A stretch of 64,000 nucleotides of DNA, the filler included, from Gonapodya sp. JEL0774 (Eukaryota), in the NCBI GenBank assembly GCA_027604505.1. It is 21 parts of 21 records of this genome, joined end to end, with 100 filler letters (N's around TTAATTAATTAA, not from the genome) between each part and the next. Parts side by side here need not be neighbours in the genome. Positions count along the whole stretch, not along the records: positions 49,060 to 52,013 come from JADIIX010001565.1; positions 52,114 to 55,066 come from JADIIX010001566.1; positions 55,167 to 58,118 come from JADIIX010001567.1; positions 58,219 to 61,165 come from JADIIX010001568.1; 17 more parts are not named here. The stretch is one strand, 5' to 3'. Position 1 is the first letter of the stretch. Every line of letters begins with the position of its first letter. A program made the translations under genes and the position numbers. The notes beneath the pieces are model-generated. The model saw only the letters and a list, made by a program, of their open reading frames with translations. It searched no databases and was not told the origin of the DNA. This document shows, one piece after another, positions 49,060-61,165 of the stretch.

Positions 49060-51286
49060 TATTGGAACCACTTCGCTGCTATCAAGTACCTCGAATCTCG
49101 CCCACCTCCACCTTCCCTACCACAAAATGCCGTTAGCATGGACAGGGGCAGTGATGAAACGGATAGTGATGATTCTGTGGACACGGAGAGTGATGTCTCG
49201 GAGGGCACACACACGGACGGCGCGGATGAGAGAGACGGTGTCCTCGACCGTTCCGAGGATGCTGATGCGGTCCGCAGACATCGCATGGAACAAATCGCAA
49301 GTCATCGTCATGAACGCAATCAGCAGCTCACCCTCTTGCGCATCATGATGACCCAGTGGCGAGGGTATGCGCCGTCAGAGCAGCTCACGACCTTCACTGA
49401 AACTCTTCCCGCCACAACCAACATCGATGACACGTCACCTCAGACGGTTCAGCTTTGGGTCAAGTACATGAGATCTGTCAAGGCGGAGCCCAACCGAGTA
49501 CCGAAAGATTTGTCGAGAAAGTTCCTTCCCTTTCTCCGCCAGCGCCTTCAAAACCCACCCAAAGGCATCATGGTACTATGGGAATCTGAGAACCGCAAGT
49601 TTCCATCCACCGGAACCATGAGTGTCATCGGTGACTTGATGGGGGAAGAGCGCAAAGCCGCGTACCTACGGATCAAAGCCGCTCAGCTTGCGGAGATCAC
49701 CGAACAGGAGATCCGCGAGGTATCCGAAAGGGAGGAAGAGATTGAGGGTGTGCGAGTGAGCGGATCATTTGTGAATAACCAGCTGGTAAAGATGTCGTAC
49801 GGCAAAATGTACCCCGAGCGCACGGACAAAGCGGTGATCAGATCTCTTGTAGCAGTGTGGGGCATGCTGATTGAGGAAGAAAAGAGATTGTGGCGGAGGA
49901 GAGATGCGTGGGAGCTCAAGCAGAAGGGTTCCAACCCTACCGAGACAGATCAGAGGTGAGTTATCCTTCAAGATGCTGAATGTTTCGGCACATTAGAAGC
50001 ATGTGATCAATGAACGGAGCTTGCTCCTCGACCCAATGACAGGGAACCCGTTCCTGCCATGCAAAGCACAAGAGTTGGGCGTGTGTCTGCCGTTCGTGTT
50101 CCACCAAGTGACCCATCTTTCAGCGTTACTTCGGGACTGATCTATTGGGGCCACCTTGGAACCATCGCCCATGCGGGTGTTATGCCATCGTCGTCAATTG
50201 ACGGTCCTCAAGTGTTACCTAAACGCCGAACCGGTGGAACGATCGTGCAGCGCGGCTTCAGATACCGGGCACACGCACGGAACGGAACGTGGAAAGTCGC
50301 GCAAGTAGCGGCGAACTCGTCGTCCCAGAATCACTTTGGACACGCGGAGGAGGATATGCGAAGAATTGGGTGGATCGTGTACCACGAGAATGTGGATCCG
50401 GGCGAGAGTGTTTTGAGGGCGAGTGGGATTTACGGAGGAGAATCTGGGGACGGTGATAATGTAGGTTTAGGGTGAAGCGACTAGCATATTGCACGCGTTT
50501 AGCTCAGTGAAAACTCCCGCTTTTGCATGGCGAAAATGTCACTGCCCTTCGGACCCGCTCCCACTCCGGCCTTCCAAGGGCGTCCTCTTCGTTGGTCGAT
50601 ATGATTGGTCTGGTTACTGGGATGGACCCCGTGATCCAGCTTTTGCTTCGTATTTCTCTTCCCGGTTCCACAACTGTCATCAAGTTGGAGAGTCGTACGA
50701 TATGTTGAAAAAGAATCATATCGCCGGGCATTTGGCAATTGTTGATGCAGCTGGGTTTTCCTTCGATATGTTGGATTGCGGAATGACGTGAGTAGTTGAG
50801 ATATCCGGTTGTGGATCACTTTCGACTTCTCCTCCTCTAATCTATGAGCGTTCTTCACCAAAACAACGACACAACTGCACTCTTTATTACCTCAGTGCCC
50901 GAGCTAATGGTACGGGGAGAACCGAACTACGACAGTGGGATGAAGTTCGCGAGTGGCTCTTCCAAAGCGCGGACGGCACAAGGTTCGGTGTCTGCGTCGA
51001 AGATAAAAACACGGAGTATGAGTTTGGTGAGTCGCTGGTGTCCGTAAATTCGGGTTCATCTGCGCGTGCTCATTATCTGCATTCTAATATGAACAACTCA
51101 CCACACCTCACAGCGTACCTCATTTACGATTATTGTACCTCACTTTGCTTCGATGGCACAACCCCACGCCCTGGATATGAACTCGTGGCAATTTTATATG
51201 ACGCTGTGTATCACCGGCTTGATGGGGACCGGTTCATGATCAACGGAAAGCTGTATCCGTCCGAGAGTGAAGTTATGGTGGAGTGA
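49060..51286 (+). CDS. 5'-truncated protein: HMG-box-like region(s) + uncharacterised domain (paralogue of 6152-7515)
   Basis: ORFs 49138-49959 and 50059-50475 join in frame via intron 49956-50042; later exons give VGRYDW, DAAGFSFD, ELVAILYDAVY...GKLYPSESEV*. Confidence 0.78.
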
Positions 51287-51589
51287 ACACACCAAGGTCA
51301 GCACGAAAGCAGAGAGTGGTCAGTGCTCGATATATGATTTACAATATGTTTTGGATCAGTGGGAATTATTATGTATGTGCGGCTTTACACGTCAAAGCCG
51401 TTGTTGTGGCCTTGCTCGAGCTCCCTGCAACACTGCTGTGACCGCCATCAATCCGCAACGAGTCCGACGCAAACTGCTCGTGCTGTCCCTCTCGAGGGTT
51501 CTCTGCTCTTGCTATCAGCTGTTTGATCCATCGCCTGTCGTGACTGCTATAGGAGCTCTCGTGCGACCTGGTCATTCAATCCACGACAG

Positions 51590-52013
51590 ATGGCCATCAT
51601 GTCACAGCGAATCGCAATATACATAAACGATTCCTCTCTGCCTCCTGACATCTTGTCTTCTCTCCCTCCTGACGCATTGAAAGGAAAAATGCCTATCTTG
51701 GACGAGCTCGTGTCCACATCGGAAACGCTCAGAGAACTCAAGATCAGACTCAACACCAAATTTCCTGCCCTCGTTGGCCTGATCCACTCCTTTCGGTTTA
51801 GCGTCGATGAAAGTAGAAGATATGATATCCCTCGGGACCACAGCGTGGAAGCCATAGTCGCAACTTTGCCCAAAATTCTTAAAACCAAGAAAAGTGCTCC
51901 CAAGCTCGCCGTCAAACCTGACGATCCTCTTGGTCTTCGAGTCGTAACAAAGTTACAACGTCTCAAAGAGATTGAGAAACACGTCCTCGAAGTGGAGACG
52001 GCCTATTGGAGCC
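51590..52013 (+). CDS. 5' part of a hypothetical protein
   Basis: ATG-initiated ORF open to contig edge. Confidence 0.5.
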
Positions 52014-52113
52014 NNNNNNNNNNNNNNNNNNNNNNNNNNNNNNNNNNNNNNNNNNNNTTAATTAATTAANNNNNNNNNNNNNNNNNNNNNNNNNNNNNNN
52101 NNNNNNNNNNNNN

Positions 52114-53339
52114 TCTGCCAGCATCGTACGAAGTCCGTTTTGGGTCTCTTCCCGTCTGGCGCAACGAGCTTGATCAAATCGAATGGCGACAAACTCACGG
52201 TAGCGCCAGACGGCAAAGTCAGCGCCCATGGTTCCGACGGCACGGAAGTAAGCCCCACCCCGCCTCCTGTGCCGACTGTTACTGAGTCTGTACGTGGAAG
52301 TGGTCTGAACACCGTTAACAGAGCGGATCTCGTTGTCATCAACGAGAGTTCTGATGGAACAATATCCTCGGAGCATGCAGACGGCACTGTTATCAGGACA
52401 GAGCGCAACGGGACGTTCGTGATTGCATCACCAAACCTGCCAAAAGTTGCGGTGAGCCGGACTCATCTGCGCGTGGAAGGGTTATGTGGGAGATTCACCA
52501 TCAAGAGATCAATACTTGAGGGGAAGCTTTGCACAGCAATTGAAAAGGTGAGTTGAATGTATTATTGTGTCTGTAGATGCCCTAAAATGTTGTCGTGTGG
52601 TGGCAGGATGGGTATACGATCCTACTGGACCCGGACCGATGTGAAGTCCGCGAGCATATTGCTAACGAGGAAAGGGCAGAAAGCACAGCAAACACAGATC
52701 AAAGTTACGCAATTGATCTTAAAAATGGTGCGATTATGCGCCGTCGTGCTGGTGCGACATTCCTGGATTTCATAGAACGCGAGCTCCAGCTGCCATTAGT
52801 GAGTCTTCGGACATGTCCACGCACAACGGAGAAGTACCGCTAAAAGTCTTCGACAACCCCAGAACGAAAATTGTGGGGCCCCGTTACCTGAAATTACAAG
52901 TGCGGGGATGGTTCTGCCACACAATGAGGAATCTCTAAAGAAATGGCTGGGAAATATATCACTTGGGCCGTTCAATTCCGCCCCCGGTGACTTTCCTCGA
53001 GTATTTTTTCTCAATCCAGATGGAAGCGGGAAGGAGCTTTTCAGGGATGTAGACGTAGTTCCCTTTCTTCGTGCGGTTCTCGAAAGGTGTCGCGCCGTTC
53101 CAGAGATATCGGACGAGCACGGAGTGACATTTTCTGTTGATTACAAAACTTTGAAAGGTGTGCCAGTATTCCGGAAGGTGAGAATGAATGCTCTTGCTTT
53201 CTTGGTAGTCGCAGTTTGTTTGAGAAACAAAATGACAGCTGACACGATGGGAGCGCCCAAGCTCTGCTGTTACTCAACTCGCTCGCGATGTTCAACAGAA
53301 AGTTTCATACAAGGATCTCCACTTGCCCCCCTTGCCTGA
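52114..53339 (+). CDS. SPAG17: SPAG17/PF6-like axonemal central-pair protein, 3' part
   Basis: PSG/PDG beta-hairpin repeats, NRADLVVINESSDGTISSEHADGTVI and PRVFFLNPDGSGKELFRDVD resemble conserved SPAG17 blocks. Confidence 0.7.
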
Positions 53340-53436
53340 TGTTCAAAACCTTTAGACAGCTTAAATTAGAATATTTCACAAAATTGCCAATTGGCATTTG
53401 GAATATACTAGAGTTCCTAATCAAGATGAAATACTT

Positions 53437-55066
53437 TCAAGATATCATACTAAGCTCCAAGCGTCTCTGAGTTTTTTTCTCTAGAACCGCTAACGAAGAT
53501 TGGGAGGAAGAAGGTCTGTATTCCTGACGGAAGGCATTCGGATCCAGGATGCTGGGGAGGTAAGCAACATTCGAGCTAGGTGACGCCAGTACATCACAAC
53601 AATATCGTAGTGAATTGAATCCACTCAATGAAGTTGCGAGACGAACTCGAAACTCACTCATCAGGAATCGGCATGAGGGTAGAGTTGCTTTCGAGTGACT
53701 CCAACGTCTGCACATACAATCATCTAACTTATCAGACAGGTCTTGGCGAGTGTCGCTGGATCAAAGGTTGCTCACATTTCGATCATGACCTGTTAGAATC
53801 GGAGGTGTAATCCAACTGCAAGATCGAATGTGTGAATTCAGAGTCAGATCTACGTCCAAAACTACGATTGCATCTTCACATTCGTTGACCTTCCTGAACT
53901 CCCATAAGTGCCACCCGGTCGCAAAAAATTGGGAACACCACGACTAGGAAGCTGAGGTATTCCAAAGTGAACTGAGGGCCGCGGCCGTGGGGGAAAGTCT
54001 GTGCAGAAACAGTGAGAAGCTCGCGGAGGGTGAGGGATTGTTGCTAGAACTTACCGCCAAATGCTCTCGTTTGCAGTGGACCAGTAGTCTCGGCAATAGC
54101 CAAATACGGATCTCCAAGTTCCAGATTTCGCGCCCGAGCTCTTGCATCGTCTTTCTTCAAGTCTTTCTGAACCTTTTCCTGGACCCTTTGCAGCTCCTTC
54201 AGTGGAAAAAATTTCAGCTAAACTGCTCGCGTTAAGGTAGTGTGGAGGTACACCACTCCTTACCTCCTTGATAGATTCGAGCTGCTTCAAAAGCATTCCG
54301 TTACTCCCTTGTCGCCGCGAAGCCGACCCACCCGAGGGTAAACGGGGAGGCCCTGATCCAGATCCACCAGCATTTTGAGAAGAATCCTCCAACGTAGAAG
54401 GTCGGGCATATTGAAGACGTTGCTGACCTGATGCAGCAGCAAGTCCGCCTTGGAGTGATGATACTGGCGCTGACGGTGGTGGTGGCGAGGACACTTGGGT
54501 GTCTTTGCTGCGGAGCGTGGGAATCGGGGGCGAAGATGGTCGGTTGTCCTTGTTGCGAAGAGTAGGGATCGGAGGAGATGATGGACGAGCTTGAACAGGA
54601 TCGTGCGCGGGAGTTGTATTCGCCGGAGCTTGGCCACCTGTTTAAGGTTACAAGTTTTACTCCCGCATAACATCCCCGATCCTTTTGGACTGACTCACCA
54701 CCAAACTTTGCCATCCGCTTTTCTTTCTTCAAACGCTCCGCCTCCTCCTTCGCCTTCACGTGTGCTTCCTCCAACTTCCTTCTCGCTTCCTCCTCCTGCT
54801 CCTTTTTGTTTAGTTCTCTCTTTGGTGGTCCGTCTCCCCCATCCTTCCCTTTACCGGCGGCTTTGAGCGCCTCCTGCCGGGCTTCTTCCTCCCGTTCCAA
54901 ACGGTACTTCTCCTCGAGAAGCTGTCGTTCTCGCTCGATACGCTCCATTTCACGCTGTTCTTCAAGTTTCTCTTGAGCTTCCCGTTGAAGTTTCTCGTGC
55001 TCTTTGGCCATGATTTGCTGTTTGAGCGCGTCCTACCGGTACCAATGTCTATTATGGAGACTCTTT
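53437..55066 (-). CDS. Coiled-coil protein, CCDC66-like, 3' part
   Basis: LKQQIMAKEHEKLQREAQEKLEEQREMERIERERQLLEEKYRLERE E/K/R helix, then Pro/Ser-rich exons. Confidence 0.45.
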
Positions 55067-55354
55067 NNNNNNNNNNNNNNNNNNNNNNNNNNNNNNNNNN
55101 NNNNNNNNNNTTAATTAATTAANNNNNNNNNNNNNNNNNNNNNNNNNNNNNNNNNNNNNNNNNNNNCCTCCCCCCTGGCACTTGTGTTTTTGACTTCTAT
55201 GTTGCTTTTTATATTAGAGTTTTTTTTGATGTTTTCTCGTTTTTGGTGTTAGGACTTTCCCCCGCACCACCCCCCCCCCCCCCCCCCCCTCACCTCCTCA
55301 CCTCCCCGCTCCCCTTCCCTCCCTCTCCCTGTTCCCCTTCCCCCTTTTCCCCAG

Positions 55355-56797
55355 AACGCCCTCTCGACCCACCCGACCCTCCTCACCTCCACCGCCTCGC
55401 TCAACGCCCTGCGCTCCTCTGGCTACTTTCTGTACCCCACCTCTTCTTCCCACCTCGTCACCGCCACAGAGTCCGTCTACGAGCGCAGAATCGTCACGGG
55501 GTTGAGGTATCTCTACGGTCAGGAGTTCATGGACAGGGTCGATGGGAGTCACGTGGTGTTTGGAAACGGCATGGAGGCGGAAGAGGACGCGCAGTGGGTA
55601 GCGGGGGTTTTGCGGGGGGGGGGGTGTGTGGTTTGAGGGGTGCTCAGTGGCAGTTTGGCCCGACTGGGAATCAGGGCATGTGGGCGGCTACCATGGCATC
55701 GAGGGATCACTCGGAATCGGACAAGTTCACTCTTCATTTTTTAATGTGTGCCCCGCCCTCGTTCCCCCCCCCCGCCCCGGTCCTCCGGTCCCCGCACAGA
55801 CTCCTCTTCTCCTCTGCCATCTTCCCCCTCTGGGACTTCACCACCTCCGGCTCGCATTCCTACGTCCCTGGTGCGCCCGGGTCGGACCCGCGTAGGTGGC
55901 GGTGGTACTTCATGCTGCTCAAGGCGTACTACCAGTTGTGGCAGAGGGATTGGAAGGGGGAGGTGGGGGGGTGGGTCCGTGAGTTTTTTTTGTTTGTGTC
56001 TGTGTGGGGGGGGGAGGCCGGCATGGGGTGGTGGAGACTATGTACTCACACTCAACGGACGGCACCATTCTGTTGCTCTTGGGGCACCCAAACTCGGCAC
56101 TCCACCACACCACACACCACACCACCCTCACCCGGTCACCCGCCCCCGCCCCGTAAAATCCCCCGGCGACACCCGCCCCCTGACCACCCTCCTCGACGTC
56201 TTCCACAACCCCACACCCTCCACGCGCACCTCCCTCCTCCCCCACCCACCGACCGTCCCCGTTGCCGCCGTCTGGATGCGCCGCCACCCATCCCGCACCG
56301 TGCCCAGCTCCGCACGCTTGTTCGAAACCCTGGTGGGCATCGCACTCCCCACGACCCAGTCGGGACTCTCAGAACTGGCCGACAGGCGCAAGGTAGGGCT
56401 CTACGCGGCACAGTACGTGGGCGACCAGTGGAAACCCATGCCGGGGGACGACGATACCGAGCCGGGCCACCCTGTCCACACCCGCATGATGGACCGCGTG
56501 GTGCAGGTCAAGTACTCCGACTTCATCCCCCGCCCGCACGCCTACCTGCGCGCCATGGTGGCCGACAACCCCACGGTGCTGGGCACGGCGCCGGGCGGGT
56601 GTGGACTGACCTGGACCGACGAGTGGGAGGCAAGGTTCTCGGCGTACGAGAGGGACAACGACGCGAGGCGGGCGGCGTTCAAGGAGAGGGGGATCGCGGG
56701 GGGGAATTGGACGGCGGCGGATGTGGGCATGACGGAGGAAGAGCTCGTGAGGGCCACGGGGGTGCCGAGGGAGGAGGTGGAGGAGTTGAAGGAGTGA
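55355..56797 (+). CDS. Sulfotransferase-family (Sulfotransfer_3/bacterial Stf-like) protein, 5'-truncated
   Basis: NALSTHP, EAEED.QLLF, WVLKSP (after splicing), AVWMRRHPSRTVPSS, VKYSDFIPRP, DVGMTEEEL. Confidence 0.72.
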
Positions 56798-58218
56798 GTG
56801 GGCCGCGGTGGTGCGGTGGTGCGGCGGCGCGGCGGTGCGGGAGTCGTGGTGCGCTGTTGGTGTGGGGGATGGCCGATGGCTGAGGGTAACTTGTGTGGCA
56901 CGTGGAGAGTGGGACAGTACCATTGGTGCAGGGTGTTGTCAGGGTGGTGCACAACGGACACCAGGACAGCAGGACAGCAGGACGGCGCAGCCGCAACCCG
57001 CAACCAGCACTTTCCGAATTTTCTGGTCGTCTGACGGCTTACAGCACGTCCCATCGGTTTCCCCACACCTGCCCTGCGCCGATCGCTTCTCGGGGACTCG
57101 AACACCATGCCCAAGCGTGTGTGGGCTGACGGCTGTGGTATTCCCTAGTCTTGGTTGTCCCTCACGCGCGATCATAACTCCCTCGCTCGCTCTTCTCGTT
57201 CTTTTCTAAATCATCGTTATGATTGTTCCGTCTACCTCTTTGTCGGCTATTTTTATTTTCTTTTGCTGGGATGTTTTGCACGGTGGCGAGTCCTGGAGTT
57301 TGGAGGTAAAATGTATCGATTTGCTAGACTCGTATCAATAGAAAGTGCGCACAAGTCCCTGCCGGGAATACGATTTCCTGTGCAGATTTTGACGATTGGA
57401 GCGCGTGGTGAGTCATTGACTTTGTTTTGGGCTGTCTCAAAGGCCGTGACAGACGTGTGCATCGTTCGTCGATCATCACGGGTCTGTTTCCCCCCCTACT
57501 CCCGCTTTCGCGCTATAAACTCTAATCCTCCACAAATGTCTTTTGTTTTTCAGGTCCTGCGACACTTGTGAGTATTTTTCGAGGGGGAATCGCCTTCGAA
57601 GTTGAATACGTGCAATAAGACTGTTGACCGTGTGTGTTGTTTTTGCGTATTCTCCGTCAGGGTGGCCACAAGGTATTGGCCTCGATGATGGGAAGTGCTA
57701 ATTTATTGTTCAGGTTCTGCATCGGGTGTCGTGGTCATGTGTGTCGTCAGTCACACAACTGCCAAACACGATCGTACCCTACACGAAGTATTTTCCATGT
57801 ATTTGACAACATCAATAGACGTATCGAGACGAGGCCTTTTCGTAGCGTTTGGAGATTTTGTCACTTGGTGTCTCTCGTCTCCTTTCTTCGGAACGGCAAG
57901 CAACGACTTTTCACTTCCACTTTCCAAGCCTTGGTGCTGCTTTGCGACTATTGCTTTCTCAGTGAAGAGACGATCTCGCGTCAGACCTTCATGTTCGGTC
58001 GGCTCGGGTCATTCGTTGCACAAATTTTTACTTGTCCAGTCCAAATGCAATTTGGAAGGTATTCTCAGCATAACCTCAAACTGTGGTACTGTGACATGAA
58101 CACAATTTAGTTGAGGCTNNNNNNNNNNNNNNNNNNNNNNNNNNNNNNNNNNNNNNNNNNNNTTAATTAATTAANNNNNNNNNNNNNNNNNNNNNNNNNN
58201 NNNNNNNNNNNNNNNNNN

Positions 58219-59270
58219 GCGGCAGCTCCAACACTCGCCAATGGAGCAATACCCAACCCTTTGCTACCAGCGGTATGTATAATCCTGCTCGTATTCGAGT
58301 ATGGCTTCTCTCGGATTTCTTGAAGCTCCTGTTCCGTGTGTTTCTTCCGATGCTTGCGCTTCCGAGGTGAATGTGAGCGAGAGTGCATCGAGCCCGACGA
58401 TGCAGCAGAGTAATTAGAAGTGGAGGAGAAGACTCGAGCTGGTGTGCCATCGTCAAAGTTGGAGGAGGTATCGGGAAGGATATTCGGGGCGTCCGGGAGT
58501 TCGGTGCCGGTTTGTATGACGGTTGCTTCCGATGGAGGAACGGGTGATGATCCTAATCCAGCAGAAGCGAGTTTCGACGAGAGTTGCGATGCACGTGTTT
58601 GCGACGAAGTGGACGGCCTCCGGCCTGTCGCATCCGCAGGGGCCTTGCCTTTGGTATCTGTGGAACCAGTCGCGCTGACGTTCCTTCCAGGGATAGATGA
58701 AAGAGCAGTACCCGAGAGCTTCGTCTCAATGATAGGTACATTGTCCAAAACTGCAACAGCGCTGTATGGTGTATCCTCGTCAAAGAAGCCATTCCCTCTA
58801 TTCGAGCCGTCAACAGGGCCAGCAACGGATTGACTCCGGTACTCTGAAGCTGAAACGGTTCTGCTGTGAGAATACTCCACTCCCGCGCCAAAAAATGGGT
58901 TGAGAGTTTCGGATGCGGGAGCCTGAGAAGAACCTGGAACCGCGAATGGTCCTTCTTCGTTGGTATTGGTGAATGTGGCAGCAATCAAAACCAAGTTTTG
59001 GTAGAGACCGCTCTCAACCCCCAAACAATTCTTACTGGACTCTGAAGAAAATTTCTCCGGCTTTCGACCTTCAACAACTTCAACATCAATTGGTAATGCC
59101 CGAGCGACTGGCGTGCTTGCGTCCCCCGAAGGTGTGGGGACTGCGTCCGAGCCTCCCAACACCGGTGTTTTGACAGTAGCACTGGCCTGTACTCCAGAGG
59201 GTGGATCGTCGTCGTCGGAGCCAGTCTGGGCTCCAATTGCCCGCGAGAACCAGGAAATGACGGAGGACAT
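58219..59270 (-). CDS. 5' part of a Ser-rich hypothetical protein
   Basis: About 350-aa ORF open to contig edge; basic RKRKHRKKH patch. Confidence 0.6.
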
Positions 59271-59615
59271 TGCAGTCCTGGACGAGCTACAAATTCTTCA
59301 ATTTCCTGGGCTGGAAAGCATTCGCCAATATATAATGTGTTACAACTCACATTTTCTCCCTCTTGGTTCCAAAGTCCTCCCGACCGCACGTATGATACCA
59401 GGACCCGCACCGTCAGTCGTACCCCAACCGAGTACCAACCACCAGGGAGATAGATTCACACCCGAGGCTTCTTGCAAGAACTTCTGGTGTAGGTCGTGAA
59501 GAAAGCAGCCGCTCTGGGACTGGGGCGGTGGGTCAAAAGGCTTCCTGCACATCTGTGCCACCTGTGGTCGTCTCCTCACGGGGATTTTCAAACCAAACGC
59601 ATTCGGAACCAATTC

Positions 59616-61165
59616 TTATCGTGCAACTTTTACATTCATTCCGTTCATGTTCTGCGTTAGATAGATTTGGCAAGCGAGTCGGGACCTACATATTCCCATG
59701 CTTGAGCGTTTTGCGGACTCGATAAACATGCTGCTGAGTTAATGATCACTCACCTGTCGGTTGCGGGAGGAACCGCGTACGCGTCCAGAGCATCAAGTTC
59801 GTCTTCACTCGGTGGTGGCACAGGAGCAGAGGGATCTAGTAGGACCTATTCGGAAAAGTTGGAAAAGACATGTTGAGTCCCGAAGTGCCGAACAGTGATG
59901 ACACATACGTCCAGAGAACGCACATGACAGGTCGCGCACTCCATTTCACCACCACATGCACCTTCCAAATCGATTCCTGCACGCTTGGCTGCATCGAGAA
60001 GTCGCTCGAATGGGTATCCTGTTGCAACAACCGGCGGAAGGTTGGGAGTTGATTCATCGTGGAAGTAGATCTGCATCGTCGGTTGTAAAAGGGCAGGCGT
60101 GGGAGGCGCTAAAGAAAGCGAGTGAGAAAGACAATACTTGCTTTTCCAAGCCACTTTCAGTTTGCCAGACAATCACCTTGGTAGAAGCTCCGTACCCACG
60201 ATTTCATCTCTCTTTGCCCCATGCGTTCCATTTCCTCTTTCGACATACCAACTCTCCCACGCCAGTGTGACCAGGGAAACGGCGAGATTTTTTCTGATTC
60301 ACCGAGGAGTGGTAGTATAGTTGCGGAAATGTTGGAGGGTGTGATGTTGCCAAACCAGTCTCCAGGTGGATACACGCTTGAATTTCCAGGTTAGTGGGTG
60401 TTAAAGTATCGAGGAGACTCAGTTCAGAGAGACGTTGCTCAACTCACATAACGCTTTATGAAGGGAGAACGGAGGGAGGTCCATAACATCAGCACCTTCT
60501 CGGGACAATCGATACACACTTCAGACTTACTTTCCCGCCCACTCATGTCCTCCCACATGACTTGTCTTCCAAATCTTCACCGTGGGCCCGCCCGTTTGTG
60601 ATCGATCCTCGGACCACTTTCGCAACTCATTGTATACCTGTTCGCCCGTCTCACCACAACGGCAATCTCTCTCACCATGAGTGCATACAAAAACGTAGAA
60701 GGTGGAAGGATCCAACAGTGTCGTGGGAAGTGCAGGGTGAGAAGGTGCGAGGAGGGGGGTTGAGAGGAATGAGGAGAGGAGGGGGATGGAGGATAGGGGA
60801 ACCCGAGGAAGAAGGACGTGGTCTGGAAGTATGATTAAATCATAAGACGGGGCCGTGGTATTTGTAGACGTTGCCCCCACTTCCGACGGAGAACTGGACG
60901 AATACGTCGGGATGTTCGTGGCAGTTAATTTTACACCCAAATCCTGGAATCGGACGTGCTTTATGGCACGAGCGAGATCCGACATGTAGGGTGAAGAGAG
61001 TTCGATCTTGGATAGCCATGATGGTTGGCCTTGGAATGATGCGAGTGAAGATGCATCGATGTCAGTTATGAATCCTTGACATGTCGGCCCTACTGTTGAC
61101 CCACCCGTCGCAACAAACACGTGCCTTCCATGTGGAGTAACTGTCCCAGCGATCGCTTTGGAAAT
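59616..61165 (-). CDS. Aim32/Apd1-type (sucrase/ferredoxin-like) protein fused to a C-terminal adrenodoxin-type [2Fe-2S] ferredoxin; 5'-truncated
   Basis: VCTHGERDCRCG, SHVGGHEWAGNVIVYPPGDWFG, HWRGRVG, then in frame via an intron LEGACGGEMECATCH and SRLACQI; stop TAA 59618-59616. Confidence 0.8.

Noticed and set aside
53989..54012. GGGAAAGTCTG...GAAAC resembling RNase P/MRP CR-I
   Set aside because: Lies antisense within the span of the CCDC66-like gene; no complementary CR-V found.
55243..56883. 546-aa plus-strand ORF and overlapping minus-strand ORFs
   Set aside because: GC-rich shadow frames; only part belongs to the spliced sulfotransferase model.
57082..57093. ATCGCTTCTCGG matches the 5' end of U2 snRNA
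   Set aside because: No continuation into the branch-point-binding GTGTAGTA region or an Sm site; a chance 12-mer.
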